Below, in pieces: positions 36,660-45,060 of a stretch of DNA of 45,060 bases (positions within the stretch are counted from its first letter, which is position 1; every line of letters starts with the position of its first letter). Position numbers and translations under genes: made by a program. This stretch comes from Bdellovibrionota bacterium. Its GTDB lineage: Bacteria > Bdellovibrionota_C > UBA2361 > JBGSMV01. The notes below the pieces were generated by a model, which was given only the letters and a program-made list of their open reading frames with translations, was not told where the DNA came from and did not search any database. The stretch lies in assembly GCA_044356455.1 (NCBI GenBank), contig JBIKWF010000025.1, forward strand, positions 1 through 45,060, in the 5' to 3' direction.

Positions 36660-39206
36660 TCAAGGCGAAGTTCGCAGCACCTGCATGGGACTAACCCGAA
36701 GCATCCCTACCGTAGACGCCACTCCCATCGTCACGACCACCGCGACTATCCCAGAAGCGATAGCCACAAGTGGCAGGAACGAAACTCTCAATACCGTCTC
36801 GAAATAGTAGAAGGACAAGAAACTTGCAGCGGCAATACCAGAAAGTACTCCGACCCCAGCTGCGGCCAATCCTAACAGGAGGAATTCAACCACTCCGGAG
36901 CTGAACAATTGAAGATGGGTCGCCCCCACGGTCTTCAGCAAAAGAATCTCACGCAATCGAGAGGCTCTACTCGTCGCGATTGAGCCAGCAAGAACAAAAA
37001 GTCCCGCAGCAATCGTGAAAAGAGCTAGAAATTGGACCGCAGAAGCAACCTTATTCAGAATTTCATCGGCTGTCTCTAGTATCAGATTCAAATCAATCGC
37101 TGACACATTACCATAGTCGCGCACCAGTATGCGTTGCAAGCTCGCCACCGACTCTGAAGATGGGGCACGCGCGATCAGCGCAAAAAACTGCGGAGCATCT
37201 TCGAGCACCCCTGCGGGGAAAAGAAAAAAGAAATTAGTCTGCACACGGCGCCAATCGACTTGCCGAATACCAATAATACGGGCACGGACTGAAACTCCCT
37301 GCACATCAAAGAGTACCCGGTCGCCAAGAGCCAGTTTCAGATCGCGAGCAATGCCTTCCTCTACTGTGACTGGAACCTCCTCTTGAGTGAGGTCTCCCGA
37401 AAAGCGCGGTACTAAAGAGCCTGAAACAAGCTTCTCGCTCTCGATGAGATGGTCACGATACGACGAGCGGTATTCTCGCCTCAGAGTCCACTCCGGTATC
37501 TCCTTGTCGCTACGTAGCTCTAAATTATCTCTGCCGTTTATCTCGAGTAAGCGCATCGTAACAATCGGAACTTCCTGATGCAGTTCGAGGCCCTTCTCAC
37601 GCAAGAGACTGCGCACCCCGTCCCGCTGATCGCTTTGAACGTCAAAGAGAATCAAATTAGGCCGGTCTCCGCTCCCGGCAAATTCAACTTGCGAGAGCAC
37701 CATAGATTGCGCGAGATAGACGATAGAAAGAAGAAAGGCGGATAAGCCAAGCGTCAGAATCAGAGCCCCGGTTTGATTCTGTGGCCGATGTATACTGGCA
37801 AGGCCATACCTGAGCGCAAATCCCCCGAAGCGGGGCCTCATACCTTGAAGCGCCTTTGAAATACCAACACTAAGCCCCCATAACAGACCCACCACGGCAA
37901 GAAGCCCAAGGGCGAAGAAGAATCCATAGCGCAGGTTCCCCATCACTATTGTGGTCGAAGCCAAAAGGAGAGTCGCTCCCCCTAGCGCGAGAAATCCCAC
38001 GCCTCGATTCGAGGTCCGCGAAGTAGTCGGTTCGGAATCCAGACCACGGATCGCCTGCAGTGGAGAAATCGCTACAACTCTCAGCAACGGCCTGAGACAG
38101 AAGAGCAGGCTCACAAGAACTCCCACCAGCATTCCTTGCAACAAAGCAGGAACTGAGGAATGAGCGGAGACCCGCAGCGGCAGAAAATCTCCAAACAAAG
38201 AGGGCAATAGATACTGGACGCCTATTCCCACTGCACCGCCAAGAGAAGCCCCCATCACTGAAACGATAACACTCTGCATGAGATACATTCGCATCACATC
38301 CTTCGTATTGGCTCCTATGCATCGCAATGAAGCTATTACGGGCAGCTGAGTCTGGATGTAATGGTGCATAGCGCTGGCAACCCCCACTCCTCCAAGAAGC
38401 AAGGCTGAGAAACTAAGGAGCGCTAAGAATCGCGAAACAGTATCGAGGGTCCTTGCAATCGTGTTCCGGCGCGAAGCAACTGTTTCAATCTCGAAGCGAT
38501 GCTCCTTCTGCACTCCCCGTAGCGCCGCGGTGAACTTAGACACGTCCTCCTCTGAGGAGAAGGCGAAATGTTCTTTGTGAGTTATACGAGAGCCTCGCTG
38601 AAGAAGCTCAGAACCGGCAATAGATCCAAGCGGCACAATAATTTTGGGGGCTATAAGGGTGCGGGCATAGCTCTCGCCCGGAAGCTGGTGAATAATTCCC
38701 ACCACCGCAAATCGGAGCTTGCCGAGCCCAACCTCACTCCCCACCCCGAGATTAAATTGCTGCGCGAGAACGCGGTCGAGAAGAGCCCCTCGCGTGTTCC
38801 CCATCGTAACGGCGGAAAGTGCTGCAGGAGGCTCAACGAGTGCCTCGCCATAAAAGGGATATTCGCCCTCAAGAGCCCTCACCTGCACCAGGCGCGAAGA
38901 GCCCCCTTCATTCGGCACCGCCAACATAGAGGCAAAGGTAACCTCAGAGGCTACGCGTTTTTTGCCCGGCGCAAGATCAAGAACCTCCGGCAAGAGAGGG
39001 CTCGATGAAGATATTGTCACATCCGCCGCAAGCAAAGACTTAGCCTCGGAATCGATACTTTCTCTCACATTCGCGCTTAGCCCCGTAACTGCGACCAAGA
39101 CTCCGACACCCACGGCGAAGGCAATCACTACAAAGAGGAATCGAAACCACGAGTGACGAAGCTCCGCGAGAACAAATCGGAGCACAAAGGATGCATTAAC
39201 AGACAA
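36660..39206 (-). CDS. ybbP: FtsX/MacB-type ABC permease (YbbP-like)
   Basis: Duplicated permease halves, LLAADV, YPFYG, PNLILFDVQSDQ, VDW....NFF, LKTVGA. Confidence 0.85.
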   Translation of the reverse strand: MSVNASFVLRFVLAELRHSWFRFLFVVIAFAVGVGVLVAVTGLSANVRESIDSEAKSLLAADVTISSSSPLLPEVLDLAPGKKRVASEVTFASMLAVPNEGGSSRLVQVRALEGEYPFYGEALVEPPAALSAVTMGNTRGALLDRVLAQQFNLGVGSEVGLGKLRFAVVGIIHQLPGESYARTLIAPKIIVPLGSIAGSELLQRGSRITHKEHFAFSSEEDVSKFTAALRGVQKEHRFEIETVASRRNTIARTLDTVSRFLALLSFSALLLGGVGVASAMHHYIQTQLPVIASLRCIGANTKDVMRMYLMQSVIVSVMGASLGGAVGIGVQYLLPSLFGDFLPLRVSAHSSVPALLQGMLVGVLVSLLFCLRPLLRVVAISPLQAIRGLDSEPTTSRTSNRGVGFLALGGATLLLASTTIVMGNLRYGFFFALGLLAVVGLLWGLSVGISKALQGMRPRFGGFALRYGLASIHRPQNQTGALILTLGLSAFLLSIVYLAQSMVLSQVEFAGSGDRPNLILFDVQSDQRDGVRSLLREKGLELHQEVPIVTMRLLEINGRDNLELRSDKEIPEWTLRREYRSSYRDHLIESEKLVSGSLVPRFSGDLTQEEVPVTVEEGIARDLKLALGDRVLFDVQGVSVRARIIGIRQVDWRRVQTNFFFLFPAGVLEDAPQFFALIARAPSSESVASLQRILVRDYGNVSAIDLNLILETADEILNKVASAVQFLALFTIAAGLFVLAGSIATSRASRLREILLLKTVGATHLQLFSSGVVEFLLLGLAAAGVGVLSGIAAASFLSFYYFETVLRVSFLPLVAIASGIVAVVVTMGVASTVGMLRVSPMQVLRTSP

Positions 39207-39867
39207 GGCGGCCTCCTTTAAGCGAAAGCACAGAACCAGTCAGATTTGCTAACTCTTGATTGTGCGTTACTAGGACGAGCGCAGTACCCGCTTCTCGGTT
39301 CATGGAGAACAGAAGATTCGTGATCTTTTCGCTATTCTCGGCATCCAAGTTACCGGTAGGTTCGTCTGCAAAGAGAATGGAAGGTGCGTGAACTAAGGCT
39401 CGAGACAATGCGACGCGTTGCTGCTCTCCTCCCGAAAGCTGAAAGGGGAGATGATGAGCGCGATCCGCGAGTCCTACGCGCTCCAAAAGCGGGAAAGCTT
39501 TGCGCTTTGCTTCAGAGAAAGGGGCGCCTGCCAGCTCAAGCGGCAGGGTCACATTCTCGATTGCAGTTAGAGTAGGTACCAACTGAAAGTTTTGAAAAAC
39601 AAAACCCATGCGACTTCGGCGCACAAGCGCACGCCTATTCTCTGAAGCGCTGCTGAGATTTTCGCCGTCGAAAAGCACTGAACCCGATGTCGGCGCATCA
39701 AGGCCTGCACAGAGCCCTAACAGAGTCGTTTTACCACTGCCCGAGGGGCCAACAAGCGCGCAGCTCGCCCCCTTCTCTAGCGAGAAGGAAATATCGTGCA
39801 AAATGGTGAGCGGCTCCGAAGTAGTTCCGACAAAACTCTTGTGAAGATGAGCAACCTCCAGGATCAT
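39196..39867 (-). CDS. ybbA: ABC transporter ATP-binding protein (YbbA-like)
   Basis: GPSGSGKT, LSGGEQQR, FADEPTGNLD, VTH. Divergent from tesA and coupled to ybbP. Confidence 0.88.
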   Translation of the reverse strand: MILEVAHLHKSFVGTTSEPLTILHDISFSLEKGASCALVGPSGSGKTTLLGLCAGLDAPTSGSVLFDGENLSSASENRRALVRRSRMGFVFQNFQLVPTLTAIENVTLPLELAGAPFSEAKRKAFPLLERVGLADRAHHLPFQLSGGEQQRVALSRALVHAPSILFADEPTGNLDAENSEKITNLLFSMNREAGTALVLVTHNQELANLTGSVLSLKGGRLVC

Positions 39868-39912
39868 ACAGCCACCTCGTTATCTCTGTTTTCTAAGTGA
39901 GTTTACTTAATT

Positions 39913-40728
39913 GTGACGAAACCCAACATAGCTGCCCATTTCCTGCTTCTGATTGCACTCGCCTGGTTGCCCTGTTCCTGGTCACCCTGCTTAGCCGAGC
40001 ATGCCTGGGCCTCTGGCCCCCAGGGCAGTTTAAGACGAGAGGGTTTGGAGGAGAAGACACAGGCACCCCATCGCCCTGCCCGTCGCGAAATTAATGACAT
40101 TTCTTTTGCCGCAGCTTCAGCCCCAATTAGAGTCATCATTTTTGGAGATAGTATTGCTGCTGGCTATGGAGTGGACCAGAACGAGGCTTTCCCGGCGCAG
40201 CTTCAAGCAATCTCGGATCGCGAGGGGGCCCGGCTTACCATCATTAATGCAGGACTTAGCGGAGAAACGTCAGCAGGGGGCGCGAGAAGGATTGGGTGGG
40301 TGCTAAAGCAACCCGCAGATATCCTCTTGATTGAACTCGGCGGCAATGATGCGCTGCGCGGACTTCCTATTTCTCAGCTGGAAAAGAATTTGCGGGACAT
40401 AACAACAACTGCACGCTCACTACATCCAAAAATTCGTGTACTTCTGGCGGGAATGCGCGCGCCTCCCAACCTCGGGGAACCTTTCGCCTCGGAATTTGCC
40501 TCGGTATATCCGCGCCTCGCTTCGGAGCTCAATCTAAATCTGATTCCGTTTGTCTTAGAGGGAGTTGGCGGAGTTGCTGAGCTCAATCAAGCTGACGGAA
40601 TTCATCCGACCCCTGAAGGGCACAAAAGAATTGCGGAACAAGTGTGGCCTTACCTTGCGAAAGAGGCTGAGTATTTCTCAGGCAGCGATTCTAAAAGCTC
40701 CCTAAAGAAGGCTGACTCTCTGAGATAA
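39913..40728 (+). CDS. tesA: SGNH/GDSL arylesterase-thioesterase
   Basis: Signal peptide, GDSIAAG, NAGLSGETS, LGGND, DGIHP. Confidence 0.9.
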   Translation: MTKPNIAAHFLLLIALAWLPCSWSPCLAEHAWASGPQGSLRREGLEEKTQAPHRPARREINDISFAAASAPIRVIIFGDSIAAGYGVDQNEAFPAQLQAISDREGARLTIINAGLSGETSAGGARRIGWVLKQPADILLIELGGNDALRGLPISQLEKNLRDITTTARSLHPKIRVLLAGMRAPPNLGEPFASEFASVYPRLASELNLNLIPFVLEGVGGVAELNQADGIHPTPEGHKRIAEQVWPYLAKEAEYFSGSDSKSSLKKADSLR

Positions 40729-40918
40729 TTTTGGTTCTATTTCTCGGCTAATGATCCGCTGGGTAGCCTTCCTGTCTGAATTTAGGTCTGAGGCGAAACC
40801 AAGATTACGCTCATGTACCGTGCTAAAGTTCCTTAAATTCGGTGGCTTACCTCATATCGGGAGACCACGTGAGCCTTTTTCTCCATAACAGCAATAGTTT
40901 GAGCAAAGCTCGAAGTTT

Positions 40919-41749
40919 ATGACACATCAAAGCACCCAAAAGTCGGGAACTCCCGCAGAGCCTAAGCCTGCTGTGCATCCGCACTTGGGCGCTGAGGCAA
41001 CCATGCCCGTGGGAACCAATTTTGAGCTTCGTCGCCCTGAAATAGAGGTCTTAATGGACTCCGAGCCCAGCGCTCGCGAGAAGCAGCAAATGGCACGCTG
41101 GGATGAGCTTGCTCCCTCTCAGGCGGAACGCACGCGAAGCAACAATCGGCAACCGGGCGTGCATGAGAAACAGCAGTCGCTCATCGACAGACATCCCCAT
41201 CTTAAGTCTCCCGATGCTCTGGTGCTAGATTTTGGTGCGGGAATTGGGTGCGCGACTGATCTCTTTCGCGAACAAGGCGCTCGAGTGGTGGCCTTGGAAC
41301 CCTCTCCGCTCATGGTCGAACTTACCAAGGACCTCGCCTGCCCTTATTCACGCGTCGTTCAATATTCAGCCACTGGGAATCGTGAGCTATGGGAGCTCTC
41401 GGACCCAATCAAGCCTGGCTCAGTGGACTGCATTGTCTGTTACGGCGCCTTTCAGAATTTCCCAGGCAAAGGGGCACAGCCGGGTGAATTTGATGAGGCA
41501 ACCGCAAGCAAAGTTCTTGAAAGAATGTTCAAACTACTCAAACCAGGCGGGGTGCTCTCGATTGAGTATTTACCCCCACAGCCACCAGTAGCTTTTCATG
41601 AAAGTACCACCGTGATGAATCCAAATCGCTTCTTAGAACTTGTTGTCGCAGCAGGGTTCAAGGTGGAAACCAATAAATTAGTATACGCGTATCATCACGA
41701 TAAGCTTAACGTGGACGTAAATTACCAGTTCCTTGAAGCGACAAAATAA
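40919..41749 (+). CDS. Class I SAM-dependent methyltransferase
   Basis: VLDFGAGIG, ALEPS..MV, SVDCI, LLKPGG, with a disordered-looking N-terminal extension. Confidence 0.85.
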   Translation: MTHQSTQKSGTPAEPKPAVHPHLGAEATMPVGTNFELRRPEIEVLMDSEPSAREKQQMARWDELAPSQAERTRSNNRQPGVHEKQQSLIDRHPHLKSPDALVLDFGAGIGCATDLFREQGARVVALEPSPLMVELTKDLACPYSRVVQYSATGNRELWELSDPIKPGSVDCIVCYGAFQNFPGKGAQPGEFDEATASKVLERMFKLLKPGGVLSIEYLPPQPPVAFHESTTVMNPNRFLELVVAAGFKVETNKLVYAYHHDKLNVDVNYQFLEATK

Positions 41750-41906
41750 TAACGTCTCCTTCCAGATCTCTCACCGTCATATCTCACGGCGGCCCTTCGT
41801 GCCTGTAAGATACCCGCTGAAAATGAACCGTAGGGGCTGTGAGCAGTGTCGGCTAAGATGAAAATTGCAGAATGAATTCACATCTGAATCCTGACGCGCC
41901 CCTTTC

Positions 41907-41935
41907 TTGACCATCTCAAACGCCGCGCGTAGTAT
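41907..41935 (+). promoter_or_regulatory. Sigma70-type promoter
   Basis: TTGACC-17 bp-TAGTAT. Confidence 0.7.
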
Positions 41936-41944
41936 GCCTTGACG

Positions 41945-41995
41945 ATGTTTCACATCAACATTTCATCCCATCTGCGCTGGGCTTTCGCCCATTAA
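41945..41995 (+). CDS. Putative leader peptide MFHINISSHLRWAFAH
   Basis: 16-codon ORF starting 9 nt after the -10 box. Its 3' end overlaps a GC-rich stem that has alternative pairing partners. Confidence 0.5.
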   Translation: MFHINISSHLRWAFAH

Positions 41996-42181
41996 CACCG
42001 AGCCCTTTCGGGCGTAGTTCATTTTTCAGCGTTTTCCACATTTTTGAGCCGCTTGCTTCTCAGATCTGATGCGTTTCTTGGCTCAAGTACACCGTCTTAA
42101 ATCTAGGTCAGGTCGACGTAGCTTTGTCTCCTGTGGACTGCGCACATCAAGCTGTCGAACCGTTTAGGGAAAGTAATTAGT

Positions 42182-42898
42182 ATGGTGCTACCTACCTCGT
42201 CAGAGTCTGAGCTCTATCAGATCTCATTTCACGATAAACAAGCGATCTCGATCTCATGCAATTCCCGCACGCATTTTACACCCTTAGGGATCGACCGTTT
42301 CCTCACGCTACCAGAGCACTTGCGGCCTGCAGGCGCCAAGGAGATGGAGACTCTTTTGTATTGGATGCGCGGCTTCCTCGCCCTTCCCCATCCCTTCCTG
42401 GGAAGACCGGGTCCTGTCTGCCCTTTTGTTCCCAGCCTTTTGCAAAAGCAAGCGCTGTACGTATGCGTTATGTTCGAATCTCCTCGCGCCGAGTTACTTG
42501 AAGCACATCGACAATTGAACCTAACCCTCATCGATTCCCCTACCAACCCACACGCGAGACTAAGCACCATTATCGCGCTGTATCCTAATGCAACGTTTCA
42601 TGACCTTGAAGATATTCAGGCCGATAAGCAGCAATGTTTCCTCGAGAGTGGGCTTATGCTTGGAGGACTTCACAAGGCGGTTGAACGCAAGGGACTACAC
42701 AATAAGAATATAATCACACGGAGAAGCCCCGTTCCACTCCTTGCATCGCACGCAATTTTTCCGGGGGATTTAGTATTCCTTTCCGAAAAAGAGTCTCACT
42801 TCCGCGCCTATCAAAAATGCATAACAAGAGAACAAGTTCCCTCCGCTCTGGTAGCTCTTTACGACTCAGTAGAGCGGAGCTTTGCCAAGGCGCCGTAG
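42182..42898 (+). CDS. DUF6875-like protein
   Basis: W...FL..PHP.LGRPGPVCPF, GLMLG, RSPVPLL and D..FL motifs. Family assignment is from recalled motifs. Confidence 0.65.
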   Translation: MVLPTSSESELYQISFHDKQAISISCNSRTHFTPLGIDRFLTLPEHLRPAGAKEMETLLYWMRGFLALPHPFLGRPGPVCPFVPSLLQKQALYVCVMFESPRAELLEAHRQLNLTLIDSPTNPHARLSTIIALYPNATFHDLEDIQADKQQCFLESGLMLGGLHKAVERKGLHNKNIITRRSPVPLLASHAIFPGDLVFLSEKESHFRAYQKCITREQVPSALVALYDSVERSFAKAP

Positions 42899-42996
42899 CG
42901 GTGCTAGTTCAGGGCTGCCTCGACGTGCGCGAAGCGGAGTGCCACCACCTGCGCTTCAGCTTCAACTTCCGGTCAAGGCAACTTCTCTCGCTTCTT

Positions 42997-43572
42997 TTAA
43001 TGAACCGTCAAGTCCGCGCGGTAGACGAATGCGCAGGAAAACGATGAATCCTGACAAGTAACGGCGCCATTAATAACGCCGGAAGAGGAACTCTTTTTCG
43101 TCGGCAGCCCAGAGAGGATAAGGTCTAAAGTAATGGCACATTGAGGAACGAGAGGGACGGCTCTCTTTATCTTTCCGCGGAGTTTTCCGCGCTGCGATGA
43201 GAGCAATACGGAACCAAGCTGAGCAGAACGAATTCGCTTTGCTTTCTTTGCCGAAGCAACCGTCACGCTTGTTGATACTTTCTTCAGTAGACCTGGGCAC
43301 GTAGAGGAAACTTGAGTCAAAGAAACACTCACGAATTTATTAGACCCTGATGCGCTCATTTTGGAGGCTAAAGAACTCTCCCTGGAAGATTCTGCGTATC
43401 CATAACCGGTAGGATAGTCGAAGGGGCCGCATCCGAAGGCGCTATCCAGACATTCACAGCCTGGAGGATTTCCGAAGATGTTATCCTTATAGTCCGAGCA
43501 CGTGCCGCTTGCGCATCCGGTGGCCGCGGCAAACAACGCAAGCAAGAGCAGATTTCTTAAGGCCGTATACAT
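42997..43572 (-). CDS. Cys-rich hypothetical lipoprotein
   Basis: Signal peptide ending ATGC, several Cys near the N-terminus, beta-rich C-terminal part. Confidence 0.72.
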   Translation of the reverse strand: MYTALRNLLLLALFAAATGCASGTCSDYKDNIFGNPPGCECLDSAFGCGPFDYPTGYGYAESSRESSLASKMSASGSNKFVSVSLTQVSSTCPGLLKKVSTSVTVASAKKAKRIRSAQLGSVLLSSQRGKLRGKIKRAVPLVPQCAITLDLILSGLPTKKSSSSGVINGAVTCQDSSFSCAFVYRADLTVH

Positions 43573-43578
43573 GGTCGG

Positions 43579-43587
43579 AGTTTAGCA
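43579..43587 (-). promoter_or_regulatory. Possible extended -10 promoter
   Basis: Minus strand TG-C-TAAACT, 6 nt before ATG 43572, with no Shine-Dalgarno sequence. Confidence 0.45.
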
Positions 43588-43956
43588 TGCTTCCTACTCT
43601 TAGTCTCAGAGACTATGCGCAACACAGAGAGGAATAGCTGTCCTTAAGGGAGTCAGCCAAGTCTGCGAATTAAGGAACATAGCGACAAAACGCGCGACAA
43701 ACACAAAGACCTTGGCCAGGTGCACATGCTTTAAAATACGAGTTTTTTACTCATCTGGAGGCCTGGGGCTGAAGAAGGACTTGTAGGGCCGCCTTTCGCC
43801 CCCAAACACCCATGCTTCAACCCCTCCCCACTTCGACCTTCTGTCTTGCCAGCCCAGGCCTCACATGTAAGTATTTTCCAATATCTTCGATGAGATACAG
43901 GGCTCTGGGCCATCTAAAGCCTCCCCTCCTCGAAACAAGTATTTAATGGCGGACTA

Positions 43957-45060
43957 GTGACCTCTCAGGCAGTTCTCAGCATTGACTGTACTATCGAACC
44001 CGCCTGGATTCAGGTCCTGGAGGTAGATGGCCGTACAGTAAAGGTTCTTGAATCACACAGGGCCGAGGTTGCCCGCTGCTTCTCACCCGCCTTACTTCGC
44101 TCCCTTATTGGCGGGTCGGATTTATCTTCACCGACCCCTAACCAGGCAGCGCAGCCTGGAACTGACTCAAAGACCCAAAGCGCTGCGTCCGAGGACCTCG
44201 CCTCGACCCCGCCTTCCGCTGGCGATCCTTCGCTAGAGGGCCACCCGCCAAGCTCTTTTGCTGAGTGCGGAGCTGCGCTTAGAAAGGCGCTCGATCTTAT
44301 TCAGAACGCCTATACTTCAGCCGTCCTCATTATCCCTTCCTCAGACTACCTCTCTCTCAACCTCGATTTGCCCTTTGGCGAGGCGAAGCAAGTCGCAAAG
44401 ATTCTAGACCTCGAGGTTCAGGACCGAGTGCCGTTCGAGATTGAGGAGTTCTTAGTCGAGCACCGCGTGCTTGGGACCCTGGCGGAGCGTGGCCACGACG
44501 TCCATGTAAGTATTATTCCGAAAGCACTCCTCAGCGGAATTATGCAGGTATGCAAGGCGGCGCAGTTTGAGCCCCTCATCATCACCACCCCTGCGAGCGT
44601 ACTCGAAGGCGCTTTTTTCCTTGGTCCCGATTATTTTAAGCAGGATGCCGCCATTCTTGCCTGGAGAGGATCCACCGTCTATCTCGCGCTACGCTTTGAG
44701 GGCCGAGTAAGAATTGACCGGGTGATAGAGATCTCCAATCTCGGCTCAACCGATGGAGAACGCCTGAAAGCGCTCACCACCGAGCTTCGCCTCACGTTAC
44801 TTGCAGCTGAAGCACGCTACTCAAGGCCAATTGAACATCTCTATCTCGTAGGTCAACTTGCCGAAGGTTCCGGCTTTGCCGCTCGCGACTTACAGCAGCT
44901 TCTTGGCCGCGAAGTGGAAGACCTGGCCCTTTCTGATTTTGTCATAGCCGAGCCAGGAACCGCCTGCCTTGCCAGCATTGCCGCGCCCTTTGCCCAAGAC
45001 CAGGATCCCCCGCCCATCCTCACAAACTTTCGCACTCGCGAATTCACTTACAGCCTGCAA
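43957..45060 (+). CDS. gspL: Type II secretion GspL/PilM-like protein, partial (runs off the window end)
   Basis: Hand translation from GTG 43957 (in-frame TAA at 43915): VLSID, LDLPFGEAKQVAKILDLEVQDRVPFEIEEFLVE, and NFRTREF near the window end. Missing from the ORF track because it has no stop. Confidence 0.8.
   Translation, partial: MTSQAVLSIDCTIEPAWIQVLEVDGRTVKVLESHRAEVARCFSPALLRSLIGGSDLSSPTPNQAAQPGTDSKTQSAASEDLASTPPSAGDPSLEGHPPSSFAECGAALRKALDLIQNAYTSAVLIIPSSDYLSLNLDLPFGEAKQVAKILDLEVQDRVPFEIEEFLVEHRVLGTLAERGHDVHVSIIPKALLSGIMQVCKAAQFEPLIITTPASVLEGAFFLGPDYFKQDAAILAWRGSTVYLALRFEGRVRIDRVIEISNLGSTDGERLKALTTELRLTLLAAEARYSRPIEHLYLVGQLAEGSGFAARDLQQLLGREVEDLALSDFVIAEPGTACLASIAAPFAQDQDPPPILTNFRTREFTYSLQ

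Noticed and set aside
41945..41995. Leader peptide as a TnaC homolog because Trp is residue 12
   Set aside because: It is only 16 aa and lacks the downstream Asp and terminal Pro spacing of TnaC, so the position is likely coincidental.
44027..44041. GGAGGT followed by ATG as the gspL start
   Set aside because: That frame stops after four codons (ATG GCC GTA CAG TAA). The long frame starts at GTG 43957.

Overview
Bacterial chromosomal window from a diderm, probably a Deltaproteobacteria/Bdellovibrionota-like lineage (a low-confidence inference from gene content). It carries housekeeping genes (rarA, M20 peptidase, pal, dxs, panC, bamD), a P1B-5-type metal ATPase, a type II secretion cluster gspC-D-E-F-G-H-I-J that ends without gspK and resumes about 14 kb later with a partial gspL, a Phd/VapC toxin-antitoxin pair, an nfeD/SPFH pair and a lipid/envelope hydrolase block (Zn-PLC-like, esterase, sulfatase-like, ybbP-ybbA/tesA). 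The most unusual signals are: (1) a dispersed family of long hairpins built from 9-bp-periodic units, found both naked and inside ~130-bp IS5-like MITE shells with 4-bp YTAR target duplications, with copies stacked end to end at shared CTAG sites, once together with a second 261-bp MITE; (2) a ~600-aa orphan protein ending in a HicA-like RNase domain with no hicB; (3) a promoter-leader peptide-alternative hairpin (attenuator-like) region upstream of a DUF6875-like gene. I found no rRNA, tRNA, CRISPR array or transposase. All family calls come from motifs read by eye, not from database searches.
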